The notes: generated by a model not told the origin, from the letters alone. DNA of 64,000 nucleotides from Eledone cirrhosa (GCA_964016885.1 OZ024750.1:22320001-22384000), one strand, 5' to 3'; positions 33,899 to 48,500 are shown, counted from the first letter of the stretch. Numbers and translations: made by a program.

Positions 33899-34394
33899 AA
33901 TAATAATAATAATACTTTCTTTATTAACAAGGGTTTACATAAAGTAGACATTAAGGACAGTACAGGACGGTACAAATGGGCATTTCTGCGTGTAAAAAAC
34001 AAAAACAGAGGATGTAACAAAAAAATAACAATGAAAAATTCCCCAATAATAATGATTTCTTTATTGTGCACTACAACTCATCATATAATGTACAAATGTC
34101 AGGAAAGTAAACAGTGTATGAGTCATGATATACATGTGTGCGTGTATACGGTGCGTGTGTACGGTGCGTGTGCATCAGGTGAAAGAATACATTAGATAAT
34201 GTAGTGTTAGCGACTATTAAAATGACAATGGGGCCATGCCTGGAATGCCTTACACCACAGCAGAGCTATTGGTCTGTTAAATCAAGGTTGACCGTGAGAG
34301 GTGGTGGTGGAGCAATAACAACAAGGAAAATAGATTGTAGGAAATTATTTACAACGCAATTGAAACGATGCTACTGCTGCTGCTATTGTTGATA

Positions 34395-34569
34395 GTGGTG
34401 GTGATGATGATCGTGATGATGACGACGACGACGACGGTGGCAACAAAGACGACGATGGCGACACTGGTGGTGATGATGAGGACCACGACGATGATGGCAA
34501 TGATAATGATGTTCATGACCACGATGATGATGACGATGATGACGATGATGATGATAATGATAATGACGG

Positions 34570-34614
<45 letters not shown>

Positions 34615-34662
34615 CGATGGTGATGATAATGATAATGACGGTGATGATGATGATGATGATGA
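34395..34662. repeat. (GAT/GAC/GGT)n trinucleotide tract
   Basis: Direct reading; source of the poly-Met and poly-Ile ORFs. Confidence 0.95.
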
Positions 34663-34779
34663 TTTTAACACTCATTAAAAATGTGTATCGTATATAAATA
34701 GATGATGATTAAAAAAACAACTGCAGGTCAGACAGTTGATATACGAAGGTGGAAAACAGGAATGGAAACTTCCAGAAGA

Positions 34780-35630
34780 TAGGAAATTACTAGATAAATA
34801 ACTAGAATAAATAAAATAGAATATAGAGTATAGTCGACGTGTGGTAGAGAGAGAGGGGAGAGAGATAGAGGGAGTGGTAGTAATACTCAGAGCGGACGAG
34901 AGTGGGATTGTTGATGTATGAGGTCAGATAGACAGGGAGAAAGGAGGAGGAGAGAAAGAAATACTAAGAGAAAGACAGAGTGGGATAGTTGACGTGTGAG
35001 GTCAGATAGAGGATGAACAGAGAGAGAGGGGAGGATGTACAGAGAGAGAGGGGAGGATGAACAGAGAGAAGGGAGGAAAGACTAAAAGAAATAAATGGAA
35101 TAACAGAGTTTGTGTGATAGAGGGGGGGGGGGGGGAGAAAGAAATACTAAGAGATATATCAGAGGAGTAAATAAAGAAATACTAAGCAATAGAAAAGAAG
35201 TGAAAATAAAGATAATGATATTTTATGAGATAGAAGGGAGGAGAGAAAGAAATACTAAAAGATAGAGAGGAAAGGAGAATGAAAGACTAAAAGATAGAAG
35301 AAAAAAAGAGAAATAAATGCTAAGAAATAGAGGAATAGGGGAGAAAGAAATACTAAGAGATAGAGGAGAGTAGAAGAGAAAGAAATGGTAAAAGATCAAG
35401 AGAGAGAGAGAATGTTATACTAACAGGAAAAATAGATATATAGGGGGAAAAGAACTGAAAGAAACACGAAGGTAGAGAGAGAATGAGGAGGAAAAGAAGA
35501 GAAAGGTTAAAAGATACAAGGGAGAAAGGAAAGAAATACTACAAGATGAACCGGAGGAGGAGTGAAATACATACATAATGAGACAAGGCCGTCAAGAATT
35601 TCAAGAAAGATAAACAGCGAGAGAGAAGGG
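34780..35630. repeat. Purine-rich low-complexity tract with degenerate GAGAAAGAAATACTAAGAGATAGAG units
   Basis: Strong A/G strand bias over ~850 nt. Confidence 0.8.
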
Positions 35631-35674
35631 GTTAATGTTGTTGTCATGTAAACGGGTGTTACTACTCATAGACA

Positions 35675-35750
35675 CAATAGCCAATCAGATTACGAAACGT
35701 CACACATAATAAGTTTCACTGTATTATCATCACTACATCACTTCCATTAC
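35675..35750 (+). promoter_or_regulatory. Putative promoter (CCAAT box, CRE-like AACGTCA)
   Basis: TAGCCAATCAG near 35679 and AAACGTCAC near 35695, upstream of the ATG at 35890. Confidence 0.45.
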
Positions 35751-35889
35751 ATACGTTCAAAGAAGTGATCGTGCTGTCTCTGTTCTTCGTTATTAATTCA
35801 ACTTTTACAGGTTTCAGAAAGAAAAATAACAAGAATCGTATATTATTTATATATTATTAACACACTTCGAAAAGAAAACAATAACAACC

Positions 35890-35946
35890 ATGGCTTGTCC
35901 TTCGTTGCAAACAATTATTGAAGATATCACATGTAATACAGACAAG
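35890..35946 (+). CDS. Candidate distal first coding exon (MACPSLQTIIEDITCNTDK)
   Basis: ACCATGG Kozak context, AAG|GTGAAG donor in phase 0, CCAAT and CRE-like promoter elements ~200 nt upstream. Confidence 0.5.
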
Positions 35947-38900
35947 GTGAAGTATATTTATAATTTATTTTTCGAAAATTACATTTATCTCTTGTCTATT
36001 TATTTTCAATATATATATATGTATGTATGTGTGTATATGTATGCATGTGTGTATATGTATGTATATATATGTGTATGTATTTAATGGATGCAAGCTTATT
36101 CAGAGATTTGTTTTAAATATATAATATATATTAAATGTATAATAATTTTAAAGATTTCTCCACTTGATCGTTCTATTTTCTAAAAATCCCCTCACATAAA
36201 TTATCTGAGTTCCCCCTCATACAGGCTCAAAATGGGAAGGGCACGTGATAGTAATGACATTGGCATTGAATAGCGTCAGACCTAGATTATAACACTGCCC
36301 TATAAAATGGGATGGTTGCTACTTTTGATCATGTGTTTGCCGGCACCATCAGTGCTAACCTGGGGCTAAACAACAAGAAATCTGTTCATCATCATCATCA
36401 CATATATATATATATATACATACACACACACTTGGCTGCTGTGTTCATACCTTCTATCATGCACACATCACGCTCTAAGCTATTTTGATCCACTTGTTCT
36501 GTTTCAACCCTAATAGTTGAGTGTGTGTATGTATATATATATATATGTGTGTGTGTGTATACTTAGACACGGCTGCTGTGTTCAAACCTTCTATCATGCA
36601 CACATCACGCACTCGGCTTTCCACTTGTTCTATGTAGGAATCCTAACAATTGTATACATATATATATATACACACAGTTGAGCACTTGTTCTATATCTCA
36701 AGCATGCCAATAATTTATATATATGTACACCCGGCGGTAGTTGTCACTCATGCACACATCACGCACTGAGCTCCTTTTTTAATAGTGGTCTACTTGTTTT
36801 GTCTGTGTGTGTGTGTATATATTATATATATAGACAGACAGACAGACACTCGGCTGCTGTATTCATGGTTCACTCATGCACACATCCCCTGAATAGTTGT
36901 TCCATGTATCAAAGCCTGTTAGTACTGCATTATGTACGTGCGTGTGTGCGAGAAAGAGATTAATTAGGGTGTATTACTACCTCTATCTCTAAGAAAGAGA
37001 GAATTCAATACATTTTGTAGAGTAAAAATATTTATAGTGAGGAAGGAAATGAGAGATTGAGACATATTTTGTCTTTGATATTTTTGGATTGTGTATAGTA
37101 AAGTGAGGGAGTGTCTTTTTTTTTTCACATCTTTTATCAATGATTGTGTGTGTACATATCTACGCATCAGCGCAATTCATTAACCCTTTTGATACGAAGC
37201 TACCCCTGGTTCTATGATACTTGTTTATATATCATCTAAAAAAAAACAACCTTCCTATAATTATTCTACGTAAAAACCTTTTAAAGTTATGTTTCAAAGC
37301 ACCAACATAATAATATTATTTTAGTAAATACCTCAAAATTGTTGTGAAGATGATAGGTGGTGTCTTTCGTTAGAAATATGGTGACAAAAGGATTAACTTT
37401 TTCGTTACCATATTTTAAATGGTATAACACTGCCTATAATTTTGAAATTGATCCAGAATTTGGAGGAAATTAGTAATGTAACAAGATGTCTCATTATTAA
37501 GCTGGTGCTTGGAACATAGAATTGTGTAGATAAATATAAACACTTTAAAACACTGTTTTATATCAAGATCAGGGTTTGTTCGATATATATGCTCTACATG
37601 TATTGAATACGCTATTCACTTGTACGTGATGCACAACACGTACAAGTGATAATATGTGGAATTGACCAATAAGACAACCATAACATTATATTGTACACAC
37701 ATACATTATAGCTAACTCTAACCAATGTATCTCTCTAATTTCCTAAATGGCCTCTATATATATATATCTCTCTCTCTCTCTCCATCCTAAATTAATATAT
37801 CCCTTTAAGAGTATAAAACATATACATGTTTATTTTCAATGTAGACATAATAAAAACGAAGGGGAAACAAAAGGAAAAAAAGAATGGGGAAATATTTATA
37901 GAAAAAAAAAGGATTTGCCTCCCTTTAACCGTATCGCATCCCCCTTCTCTCTCCCTCCCTCTCTCTCTCTTATATATATATATATTAGTATAATTAAAAT
38001 TTCATAAACTTAAATATGTTAAATGTATGAAATTTTGATTATACTAATTGAGCTCTCTTACAATAGATTGAGCATTGTTTTCCTTGGGATTTTATCTACG
38101 GATATCCAGCATATAAACATACATGTTTATAGCTATTGTCTTAAAACAAAACTTGTAAATGCAAACACAATTTACGGGTTGTGTGTGATTTACATTTATC
38201 ATTAAAGATAACATAAAATCCATTCTTGTGGGTTTTTTTAATTTCCAAAATAATTCTGTAATATATTTTTCGATAAAGATATCTGATTGATCTGTGTATG
38301 TAAGTCATTGATTCATTAGTAAGAGAAAACGATTGTAATTGGTATTAATTAGGTTTAAAATCAAATTGTAATGTCTATGAAAAAACGCTAACATAATAAA
38401 GTTTTAGAATTGTATGAAATTCTAAACCACTGCAACTTTTATAGAATTACTGAATAAATACCAGAAAGAAAAAAATACTGTGACGCGCCATTACTCTTGC
38501 CAGAGATTCCACGGCAACCATATTCTTTCCACTACTATAGAATGGAAATGTTTTCTCTTGGAGGAAAGTGTTCTTGTGTATTATTCCTTCCTGTTCTTCT
38601 TACAGGGCAGCTGATTTTTGGAAGAAAGCGGGGTATAATCATAATAATTCTTTTATTAACCACAAAAGGCACTAATATTAATTCTGTCTGACATTGGTAC
38701 ACGGCCAGCTATTGGTGGTGGAGTGGAGTAAAGTCGATTATATCGACTCCAGTATTTTATTTTATTGACTCTGAAGTTGATCTCTCCGGGGTTTGAACTC
38801 TTAACTTTAAAATATCTTTCGATTCAAGATTACAGACACTTTCGGCAATCTCTGTAAAATTATTATCAACATCATGAAAGAAATGGAAATATGAAGGCAA

Positions 38901-39399
38901 AAAGTATTAAAATTGAGTGATTTAATGTAGAACATGAAAAAAAAAAAAACATTATAGGCTAGTTAAAATTTCATAAAAGTTCTATTTTGATGATTACTGC
39001 ACCAGTAAAATTCCTGTCATTATACGGCGATATTACGGTAATTGCGGAGTTTCTGTGATCTTAAATCGATAGATTATCGAAAACGATAATTCATACGTAT
39101 GATTTCAGAAATTCATTTTTAAAATGTTCATATGCACCCTAATGGCTCATTTATTTATATAAACATTCGAATTTGAAAAAAATGAAAGTCATTGATAAAA
39201 TTGGATCTGAAAGCTGACAGATTGTGCAGTTCTGGTAGGAAGAGGAATAGATAGTACTTGATTGATATCCTTGATAATATCGACTCTAGGCACCGACATT
39301 TGAACTCGATATGTAAAGAAACTCTGCCATTATTATTTTTTTTTTTAATTCTGATTTTTTAAGCAAATGCCAACTGCCATTATTGTCTCCTCTTCTCCC

Positions 39400-39455
<56 letters not shown>

Positions 39456-40923
39456 TCCATACACTTAACATGTAGGCGGAACCTTAGGTGTTCAGTTATG
39501 GCCACCACTGTAGAGAGTGAAGGATCCGTTCTAATACTGGCCTCACATATATATATTGTATATATGTGTCAAAGAAGGAAGATCTGAAATAAAGACCATA
39601 TTAATTATGTAGAATTTATATTTTATTTAGATTATTGTGTGATATTTTGTGTAGCGAATGAAGCAGTTGTCTTCAATATTTTATTGTTATATACATGTAT
39701 GTGGTTTAATTCTGATGCTAGTCTGTCTAACTTGGAGTAATGGTGAAACGAAAAGAAGTGTTCCTGGAAACATTGCGACGAAATGGTTAAATATAATTTT
39801 GTTCTAATTTTATTTCGATGTTTATCTTGGAAGATAGAGGAGACAGAGGAAACAAGAGATAAAGATGGCATTATTGATTAATACAAGCAGCACAAGGCTG
39901 CTGAGATAGAAATAATAAATAAATAAAAAGCTCGAAAATCGATAAAGGATGTTAATCTTTTCTTCTTCTTTCAAAGTACAAGGAAATACTTAAATTGTAC
40001 ATATTTACATGACTATTTAATGTGTAAAGTTTATACACTTTTAAGAATAGTCAGTTAATTTTGTATTTTGTATGTACAGATATGTATTTAACATAGTATG
40101 AGAACAATTTCTGTTACACAATGCTGCGTGGACACTCGACCTGCATAATGCCGTAATGTCTTCAGAAAAGTAAATGGAGGAGAGGAATACATTGAATAAT
40201 AAAACCTTAGATACAATGTCACAGTGTGTTTGAATAAGATGAGGTGGGCACGGTTAAGGCACCTTTTTTAATCATAGGGTGCTTCGTAATGACTATCCGG
40301 GAGATAAAGAACTAGAACCATTTTTATTTTTAAATATTAAATATTCCATTAGTAAGACCATATATATGTGTGTTTATGCAGGATATCCGTAGATGAAAAG
40401 CCAAGGAAAACAATGCTCAATCTATATGCAAGAGGACCTTATTTAGTTGTCAACATTTCATATACTTAACATGTATGTGCGACCTTAGGTTTCGAGAGCT
40501 CTGACAAAATTACAAGAAAATAAGTTTTTTTTTTTTCTTGTAATTTTGTCCTAGCGCGCGATGTGAGGCCAGTATTAGAATGGATCCTCCACTATACAGT
40601 GGTGGCCATAACTGGACCCCGAAACCTAAGGTCGCGCACACATGTTAAGTGTATGGAATTTTAACTATACTATATATGTGTATATATATATATTATATAT
40701 AATATATATATTATATATATATTATATATTATATTATATATATATTATATATTATATTATATATATATTATATATTATATTATATATATATTATATTATA
40801 TATTATATTATATATATATTATATTATATATATATTATATATTATATATATATTATATTATATATATATTATATATTATATATATTATATTATATATATA
40901 TATATATTATATATATATTATAT

Positions 40924-40955
<32 letters not shown>

Positions 40956-40962
40956 ATTATAT

Positions 40963-41004
<42 letters not shown>

Positions 41005-44000
41005 GGTAAAGATGAATTTATTTCGTCATCGCGAGAATTTTGTGTAAAATATAATTTTAACAAAAATGGTGATTTGTCCATTTTTTTAAAATACATGTTT
41101 GTTAGTTTCGTTTACCTTCTAAACCTTCCCTTGCCCACAGAAGGTGGAGAGATCGTCTTTGTACTTGAGTATTTATTAATGTTGGCCTTGTGCCTAAATC
41201 AGAAATCATCGAGATTAACTTTGCCTTTCATTCTTCCGGGGTCGATAAAATAAAGAACCAGTAATGCACTGGATAATTGCTGGCCTTGTGCCAAAAGTAG
41301 AAACAATTATTATTAGCTGATAGTTCATTCTGAGTTCAAATCCCTTTGAGGTTAACTTTGCCTTTCATCCTTACGGGGTCGATAAAATAAAGTACCAGTA
41401 ATGTACTGGATAATTGCTGGCCTTGTGCCAATAGTAGAAACAATTATTAGCTGATAGTAGGGAGACTGGATATGGGTGTTGTGAGATTTAAATGGTTGTA
41501 GAGCAATATTAATGGCGATTTAAATGGTTACTGGGAAACGAGGAACACTAACCGTTAGCTTTTGGATTCATTACACAAATGCCACCTTTTTAGTTGGATG
41601 TTATGTGCGTATATATTTACATGGACGTAGGATTTCATATATACAATATAATGTGTATGTGTATATATAAATAAATATATATATATATATATAAGCTCTT
41701 TTTTCGTTATATAGAGCGCTCCTTTCTTTTTTCCTTCCTATGGACTCGTGTAAACATGCAATTGAGAGAGAGCGGGGAGGGGGAGATTTTTTTTTTCAAA
41801 AGCTAGCGGACCTGAAATGGCGATGATGAATAAAATTTATATAAAAAAATATTGTTTGTTTATGATTTTTCTTGTTTTAATTCATATCTATTGTTTTGGT
41901 GACTGCAGATGAATAAATATTGCCCTATATTAAAAAAAATTACGAGAATCCATAAAAACAACATCCGTAATAGCACAAACACACAGGCACTCACACACAA
42001 AGTTGCAGACGCGCAGACACATATGTTAAAGTAAATTGCACACATACACATATATATTTAGAGCAAACTGCAGAATTTAAGTGACTTGACATTTACAGTT
42101 ATGTACAGTGATTGCATTGCTACTGGTATGCCTCACTGCAGCAAGCAGCTGCCAATAATGTATGCAGTTCTGCAGGAATATTTTCTCCTCTCTTGTTTAT
42201 TGTGTTTTTATACATGCATATATATCTATATGATAATAAATGCTATTCTGCAGAAGTATTTTTCTGTGTGTGTGTGTGCCATATAAACAAATGCATACAT
42301 ATATTTTATTAGCTTTAGTAATACATATTCTAAACTTAATACAGAAATAATTACCATGGCGCCTGCACTAAATGATGTATGTATGTATGTGTATTCATAT
42401 AGGTATGTTATATTTGTATGGTGGAAATAACTTGTGGTATTTAATCATTTCCCTAACTAGGTTCATTTTGCGCTTCCTGCTTCCTATGTCAGTGAGTACC
42501 ACTCGACTATATGTGTAACTTGTCTGCTGGGAGGTCTCCCGTTCGTGCTCTTTTTATTTTTAAGTATACCTTATCTAGCAACTACACAGCCACTTTTCTT
42601 CATATATATATAAATATAATTTAGCATCCGTTTTTCCATACTAGCCTATTGAATAAATTGGTTGGACATGTATATATATATATATTTGTATAGGTGTGTG
42701 TTATATATTACCATTTTATGTTGTTTTTGTTTCCTATGCTGGCATGGTTTAGATAGGTTAACATGTTCATGGAAAAGCGGACATTAAATGATGAGGATGA
42801 TAAGACCAGGCAGGACAGATGGCTACATCGTGTTCATACATTGCATTCTAGCACATCTTTTATTGCTGGATGTTTTTCCTAACCACTTTACACTACATAT
42901 GTAGTTATATAAATTGCTAGGTCTGTAGGTAAGGGCAGTGCTCATGGCCTTCATAGACCCTCTGAGACTGGAGAAGTTAATGTTCCATTTAAATTATTGC
43001 TAGTCCACCCCTATGGGAAAGATGTGTAAAGAAGGAATTCCAGAGGGCCAACATTCTGGGTAAGGACTAGGCATAGTAATTAGTGCAAGATATGCACACA
43101 CAATAGTAGATTGATATTGAGCTGCATGTATTGCCATGTAAAAGATGATGGTCCTGTTGATTTTAAACCAAGTGTAAGATGATTGTATATTCTATTACAG
43201 AGTCCAGATGAACAGGCAGTTGTGATGTCAATGGCAGCCTTTTCTTTCGGTATGTACAGTGCTTCTTTCTCTTTCCCTTTCACCCAGCACTAATTCCTTT
43301 CATTGCCTCTATTAATCTTCTTGAGGCTGCCCCATCATAAGTCCTTAAACATTTTTTATAAGCCATGAAAAAAAATCTCCATTAGCATAAATTTTTAATT
43401 GCCACAGCCCCTACAGGCACACACTTGCACCGACAGGCATACACTATACATACAAACATTCATTCATACTTACATACATACATATATATATATATATACA
43501 TACACACATAGCTGTGATGTTTGTGTTTCACCGTTTATTTCATAACATCAGTCCTCCATTTTTAACCCTTTAAATTAAGTGAACTAACTCAGGATGTCCT
43601 AGTTTCATAAAATGTCCTGAATATATAAGGCTTGAAGGGTTTTTAATTCCGTAAGGTTATACAAGCTGTTTTGTTTGGATACCTAGCTTAACAAGTCCAT
43701 GAAACATAGCTACGTTTTCAATTATTTCTTTTCTGTTACACATCACAGAAAACATAAAAATAATCAATTTTCAAATTATGAAGAACTGAGAAATTTACTA
43801 ATATAACTTTCACTTTATCGAACTGGTGTTGGGAATATAATTTAACAAAAGTTCTTAAATAAAATTATGATGGAAGGTTTTTAGATAAATACAATCACTT
43901 TTAGCCATTTCATGACCATATTTCTAAAGAATACATCCTATTTCATTTAATGAAGAATTTTGAGGGATTTACTAAAATTATTAATTATCTCATTACTAAG

Positions 44001-45548
44001 ATAGTAACTTAATACATGGTTCTTATATAAAATTATGTTAGATTTTTTTTGTCAAAATGATAGGCTGTTGAGTTGTATCCCTTCGGATACTGGAATTTAA
44101 ATCCTACTGGGACCCATTATCTTCCTGTCATCAGTAACTTAAGTACGAGTCAAGTTACAGGGTTTTTATAACATTCAGCGCAGTCCTCCCACAAATTTCT
44201 GGCCTTGTGCAAATGTCCAAGAAATTATTATCTAGTTACTTCTCTTTAAGAAGTTCTTTGTTATTTGAAAGATCTTCATGTTAAATTTACAAATACTATC
44301 AGACATTACCATACTTTTAGTGAAAGACGCTGCTTATGAAAATAATTAAGTTGGTGTTTGGTGTTCTTACGTAGAATTTAAGATTTTGCTAAATTTTATT
44401 TTAAGAGGTAGCATTTCTGCAACAAGAACACAATAAATAGGATGGGTTGGGGTCTCAATATGTAAACTAAACAACATTCTGGATTTGTAAAAAAAAAAAG
44501 GGGGACAGACAACCTAGAAAAATTATCGATTCTGCTCCCTATTATTTGGGACCCGAGAGTACTTTGGGAGATATTGATCTAGTGTAAATATTTAAGGGCT
44601 AATACTTTTGTTACTATATTTCTAATGAATAATATTGACTATGATTTTTAATTAATTTTTAAAATAATCAAGAATTTGGTTGGATTTAACAATGTAACTT
44701 CTTCACCTACTTATTCCCGAGAGGGTCATGGGGGCAGAGTCCTCAAACACTCTTTCCAGTGGGTCCTCTCAGAAACAGACGTTTCCAATTGATCCGGCTG
44801 AATCCCCAAGCAAGACCAATCAAGCTCATGAATGTTATCTAACCATCTTGCTCGAGGTCTACCCCTACACAATATAACTAAGTTGGTTTGGAACATAGCT
44901 TAACAAAGGTTCTTAAAGAAAAATGATAGTTTTTTTTTTTTTACATAAATGAATATCAACACCTTAAAACAGTTTTGTATCATAGAACCAAAGGTACTAA
45001 AAGGGTTAATGGCTAATACTTGATGGGAACCTATTCTCAATTCATCGTTGTAGATATAGAAATTTCACATTTCAACAAGCAATATGTTTTGTACAGATTT
45101 TAAAAGATTGTTAGATGCAAAAAATACATCAGAATCTTCTTGAATATAAACATGTTTTTTTATGCTTGCTTACTTACATTTACAATAGCCAGTCTTCTGG
45201 GTTTTCCATTATGCATTCAGTGAAACACAAACATCATAGCTTCTATTATAACAGTTGCACCAGGTACTATATATTACTTTTTAATTTGATTTGGTAAGGT
45301 CTGAAATAATAAATTTCTGCGTCTTAAGGTTTGTATAGTAAATTTGTAAACTATGTGTACAACTGGTTCTTGGGCAATTTTATTTATATTTACATTTTTA
45401 AAAAAATAATAAAATAAAATTAGAAAATTTAAAAATTTAAAATGAAAAAAAAAAAATTCCCCAATTAATCTTTTATTAAATTCGTGACAAAATTGGAATG
45501 ATTGTGATTCCATTTTATCTTCGAATTTTGTGTAACATTTTATAATCA

Positions 45549-45579
<31 letters not shown>

Positions 45580-48500
45580 CTTACTTGCCTCAAAAGAGTC
45601 AGTTGTACAAATAGTTATTTCTATCTGAAATATTACTATGTTTTCAATACTGCAGTTATATATATCTTCAGGCAAGCAAATAAGTATAGATGATAAGACA
45701 GTTTTTTTTTTTTATACTTTTTTTCAATCTTTTGTTTTATTTTACCTGCTGAAGACACTTGTTTTTTAGAATCATGATTTTAATCTTATAGAATGAGGAA
45801 TCATGAATAAATATCTTATTTATTCCATATTGAATATATTTATATTCTTTTCAAAATATATACACCAGCTGACTTCTGGAATGTATATCAAAAATATATA
45901 TCTACAGAAATATATGAAGTTTGATATGAAACCATCAACCATCATTGGTTGTCTTATGAAGAAGAACTTCTATTGGTGAAATTAAAAAAATTATTCAAAT
46001 TCATATTGAAGAATTAATTTTTAAAAAATACTTCTCTAGGTTTAATTAATGCAGTGTATTGTTTGCTAGTTAATTGCTCAGAATTTAATCTATAAAACAT
46101 TTCAAACTATTTGTTGCCTGAAGATATTGAAGCCTGCAGTATGGTTCGCTAAGTTTATGCCAGTACTGAATAATTACTTCTTCACACCAATTCCACAGAC
46201 ATGAGAAAGTCTCGAGGTGTTAAGATTTAATTGATCTCAGTGTAAATTATTAATTAATTATTTAGCTTGGAAATTTATTACCTAACTAGTTCTATATTTA
46301 GTTATTTGAAGTTGTTGTAAATGTAAAAATTGTCTTTCGTATAGATTTTTCATGTAAAAACTTTAAAATTAATTAAAATTGAGGACATGTGACATTGTGA
46401 TTAAGTCGTTAGATTTTAAGTTGTATAATGGTTATTAATTCATTTATTGATACTCTCTGTTGAGCAATCTCTTGTAATTATTTTGAATACCTGGTGCAAC
46501 AAGAAAAATTAATGTTCCAAGATAATCTCATTAAAAAAAAAATTCCCCCAACATTATTATATATATTTTCATATATATACATTTTTCCTCATAACCCTTG
46601 ATCCTAACCAAGGTTGATATATTTTTTTTGTTATTTACATCCAAAATTGTAATGTCCTCATTTGTCACAGTCTGTTTAAAATACATGTATATATACTATG
46701 GTCAATGGTAGTTATAGTATTTGGTATAAGTGAGTGCTGAATGTTGTATATCAGTTCATTTTAAACAACAGTATTATGTTGAAATATTTTTGAAATTCTT
46801 TTGTTTCTTTTTCAATTTGGTAATTACACTTTTGTCAAGGAAAAGAAATAAACTAGCTTTAACTCTTAACGTCCTGTACCATATGAAATCAGGCAAGGAA
46901 TCCTCAAAATGTACAAAAAAGAATTTTGATTGAATCACATTAGAAAATAAAGTCTTTACTCTAATACTGCAAATTTTCACAATGATTTGTCCATTAGAAA
47001 AGATACTATAAACATTTGAATTAACAAAGCTGTTTTTAGATATTTTCTTTTAAATCATTACAGGATGTTAAAAGTTAAATAATTGGAAAAAAAAATAATA
47101 ATAAGATAATTTGTAAATAGTTTTAAACATCTTATGCCCTCTGTAGTTGAAATGAACTGCTATGTTGTGGTTGTTCTGTGTGAATGGAATTTTTGAATGC
47201 AAGAATTAGGTTGTTGACTTCAGTTTTGGTGCTGACATTCAGTTTCTTGCAGATGAGAGGATATTGGCCAACACCAAGCTGGTGATCACACTGGCGACGC
47301 CACGGCTACTGAACTTTCCTGGCATATTTGTATCCAACATGAGGTGCCAACCTGTAAAATACCATTTCTCCTCCTCCTTCTATTCCTCTCTTGTATTCAT
47401 ACTTTATCCTTTCATTAAAACTTTTAATATCATATAAGAATGTTTTACTTATACATTTTTTTTAAATTTAGTTTTCAAATTATAGTTAAACCATTTTTTT
47501 TGTATATATATCTTTTGTCATAATTTTTCAAAATAAAAACTTCCTTTATATTTTACTAATTCATGAATATATTTGTATAATCCCATTGTTTTAGAACATT
47601 TTCTTAAGATAAATGTTTATGGCTAGTTTAGAAAAATCTCTTCAAACTTTGTAAATAAAATCTCTCCAATATCACATTAAAGAAAAGATTGTATACAGAG
47701 AATATGGTGAGAGTATCCATTAATAAAAGATTAAATAGGAAGGGTTGAACTTTTTGAGAATGGTAACTATTTTAACCTTTTTTGTTACCATGTTTTTATT
47801 GAAAAACATTGCCTATGATTTTCAAATAATTTTGAAAATAATCAAGAATTTGGAGCGATTTAGTAAAATAACTTTCCCATTAAGTTGGTATTAGGAACAT
47901 AATTTCACAAAGGTTCTTGCATAAAATTATAATGGAAGGTTTTTAGATAAATATAAACACTTAACTTTTTCATTACCTTATTTCTAATAAAGTTCACTAC
48001 CTGTGGTTTTCAAATGTTTTTCAAACTAACTTTTTTAGCATCAAGCTAGTTTTGGAGCATAACTAAATAAAGGTTCTTACGTAAAATCATGATGGAAGAT
48101 ATAAACATCCTATTTTTATAGATTGTAAAATTTGGATTGTTTGATCAGTACTATCTTCTACACTAGCCTTCGATTGGCAAATGCATTGTGCCATGTCAGT
48201 GAAATTTGGCAAAGGAAACTGTTCAAAAACTTGTCATAATACACAGACACATTCACATATGTATGTGTGTATATGCTTGTTTTGCTTTGCGTATGTTAAC
48301 ATTACTTTAAAAATTGGTGCCATTTGTTTAAGCCCTGCAGCTTAGCTGTGTGACAAGTGAACACCAATGGAGTTGTGCCATTCTTAGAAAAATAAGTAAA
48401 GATTGACATCAAGAAGAGTATCCAAACATAAAATTAACCCATGGAAAATTATGTGCAAAAAAATGTTATGTCAAGGACACAATATAAAGGGCATCCAGTT

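Noticed and set aside
34349-34697. Poly-Met and poly-Ile ORFs
   Set aside because: (GAT)n trinucleotide repeat
40545-40645. Complete hammerhead
   Set aside because: The 3' half GAAACCTAAGGTC is present but the 5' core reads GATGTGA, not CTGANGA; kept only as a relic
41817-41912. Signal-peptide-like mini ORF MAMMNKIYIKKYCLFMIFLVLIHIYCFGDCR
   Set aside because: Hydrophobicity is expected from T-rich sequence; weak donor and no supporting downstream frame
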